NCBI GenBank assembly: GCA_030587475.2
Contig: JAUQYZ020000228.1
Coordinates: 1 to 16,940 of the forward strand
Direction of reading: 5' to 3'
Source: Candidatus Sigynarchaeum calidifontis
GTDB taxonomy: Archaea; Asgardarchaeota; Lokiarchaeia; Sigyniarchaeales; Sigyniarchaeaceae
DNA: 16,940 nucleotides
The notes beneath the pieces were generated by a model. It searched no databases, had not been told where the DNA came from, and was given only the letters and a program-made list of their open reading frames with translations. A program made the translations under genes and the position numbers. This document shows, piece after piece, positions 16,861 to 16,940 of the stretch. The first letter of the stretch is position 1. Every line of letters starts with the position of its first letter.

Positions 16861-16940
16861 TTAGAACGCCGCGTCGTCCTCGCCCAAGTGAACCGGTCTG
16901 CGAAAATCAAGCGGCGATCCTGCCAACGTCCATATCCGGG
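16861..16940 (-). CDS. Probable 3' end of a gene entering from the right edge
   Basis: Minus frame ...RIWTLAGSPLDFRRPVHLGEDDAAF* with TAA at 16861-16863; too short to identify. Confidence 0.35.
   Translation of the reverse strand, partial: RIWTLAGSPLDFRRPVHLGEDDAAF

Noticed and set aside
16670-16940. Possible group II intron or IS end interrupting the amidohydrolase
   Set aside because: No GTGCG 5' end at the junction, no domain V, no terminal inverted repeat or transposase recognisable.
1-16940. CRISPR arrays, tandem repeat arrays, rRNA/tRNA genes, integrases
   Set aside because: None seen on manual reading; short dispersed repeats could have been missed without computation.

Overview
Archaeal-type window, most consistent with an Asgard archaeon (Lokiarchaeia/Sigynarchaeota-like). 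This is inferred from GGTGA ribosome-binding sites, TATA-like boxes, oligo-T terminators and a Loki-type CPxC...CxH zinc-ribbon protein. The left end is an anaerobic Fe-S/chalcogen/oxyanion cluster: a partial YeeE/YedE-family membrane protein, a Mop/TOBE protein, an orphan Cys-rich protein and a double-cubane-type (HAD/FldB-family) reductase. The middle holds a GH20 hexosaminidase coupled to an ADP-forming acyl-CoA synthetase alpha subunit, a GNAT, DUF1846, a DUF6935-like protein and small hypotheticals. The right half has three apparently truncated genes (ABC exporter NBD only, GDT1/TMEM165 lacking motif 1, amidohydrolase lacking its C-terminus) and an MFS transporter. It also has a 792-aa multi-pass membrane alpha/beta-hydrolase whose N-terminal zinc finger has FYVE-domain cysteine spacing. 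The GDT1 break point is a chain of three overlapping inverted repeats. No rRNA, tRNA, CRISPR array or transposase was seen. All family calls come from motif recognition, not database searches.
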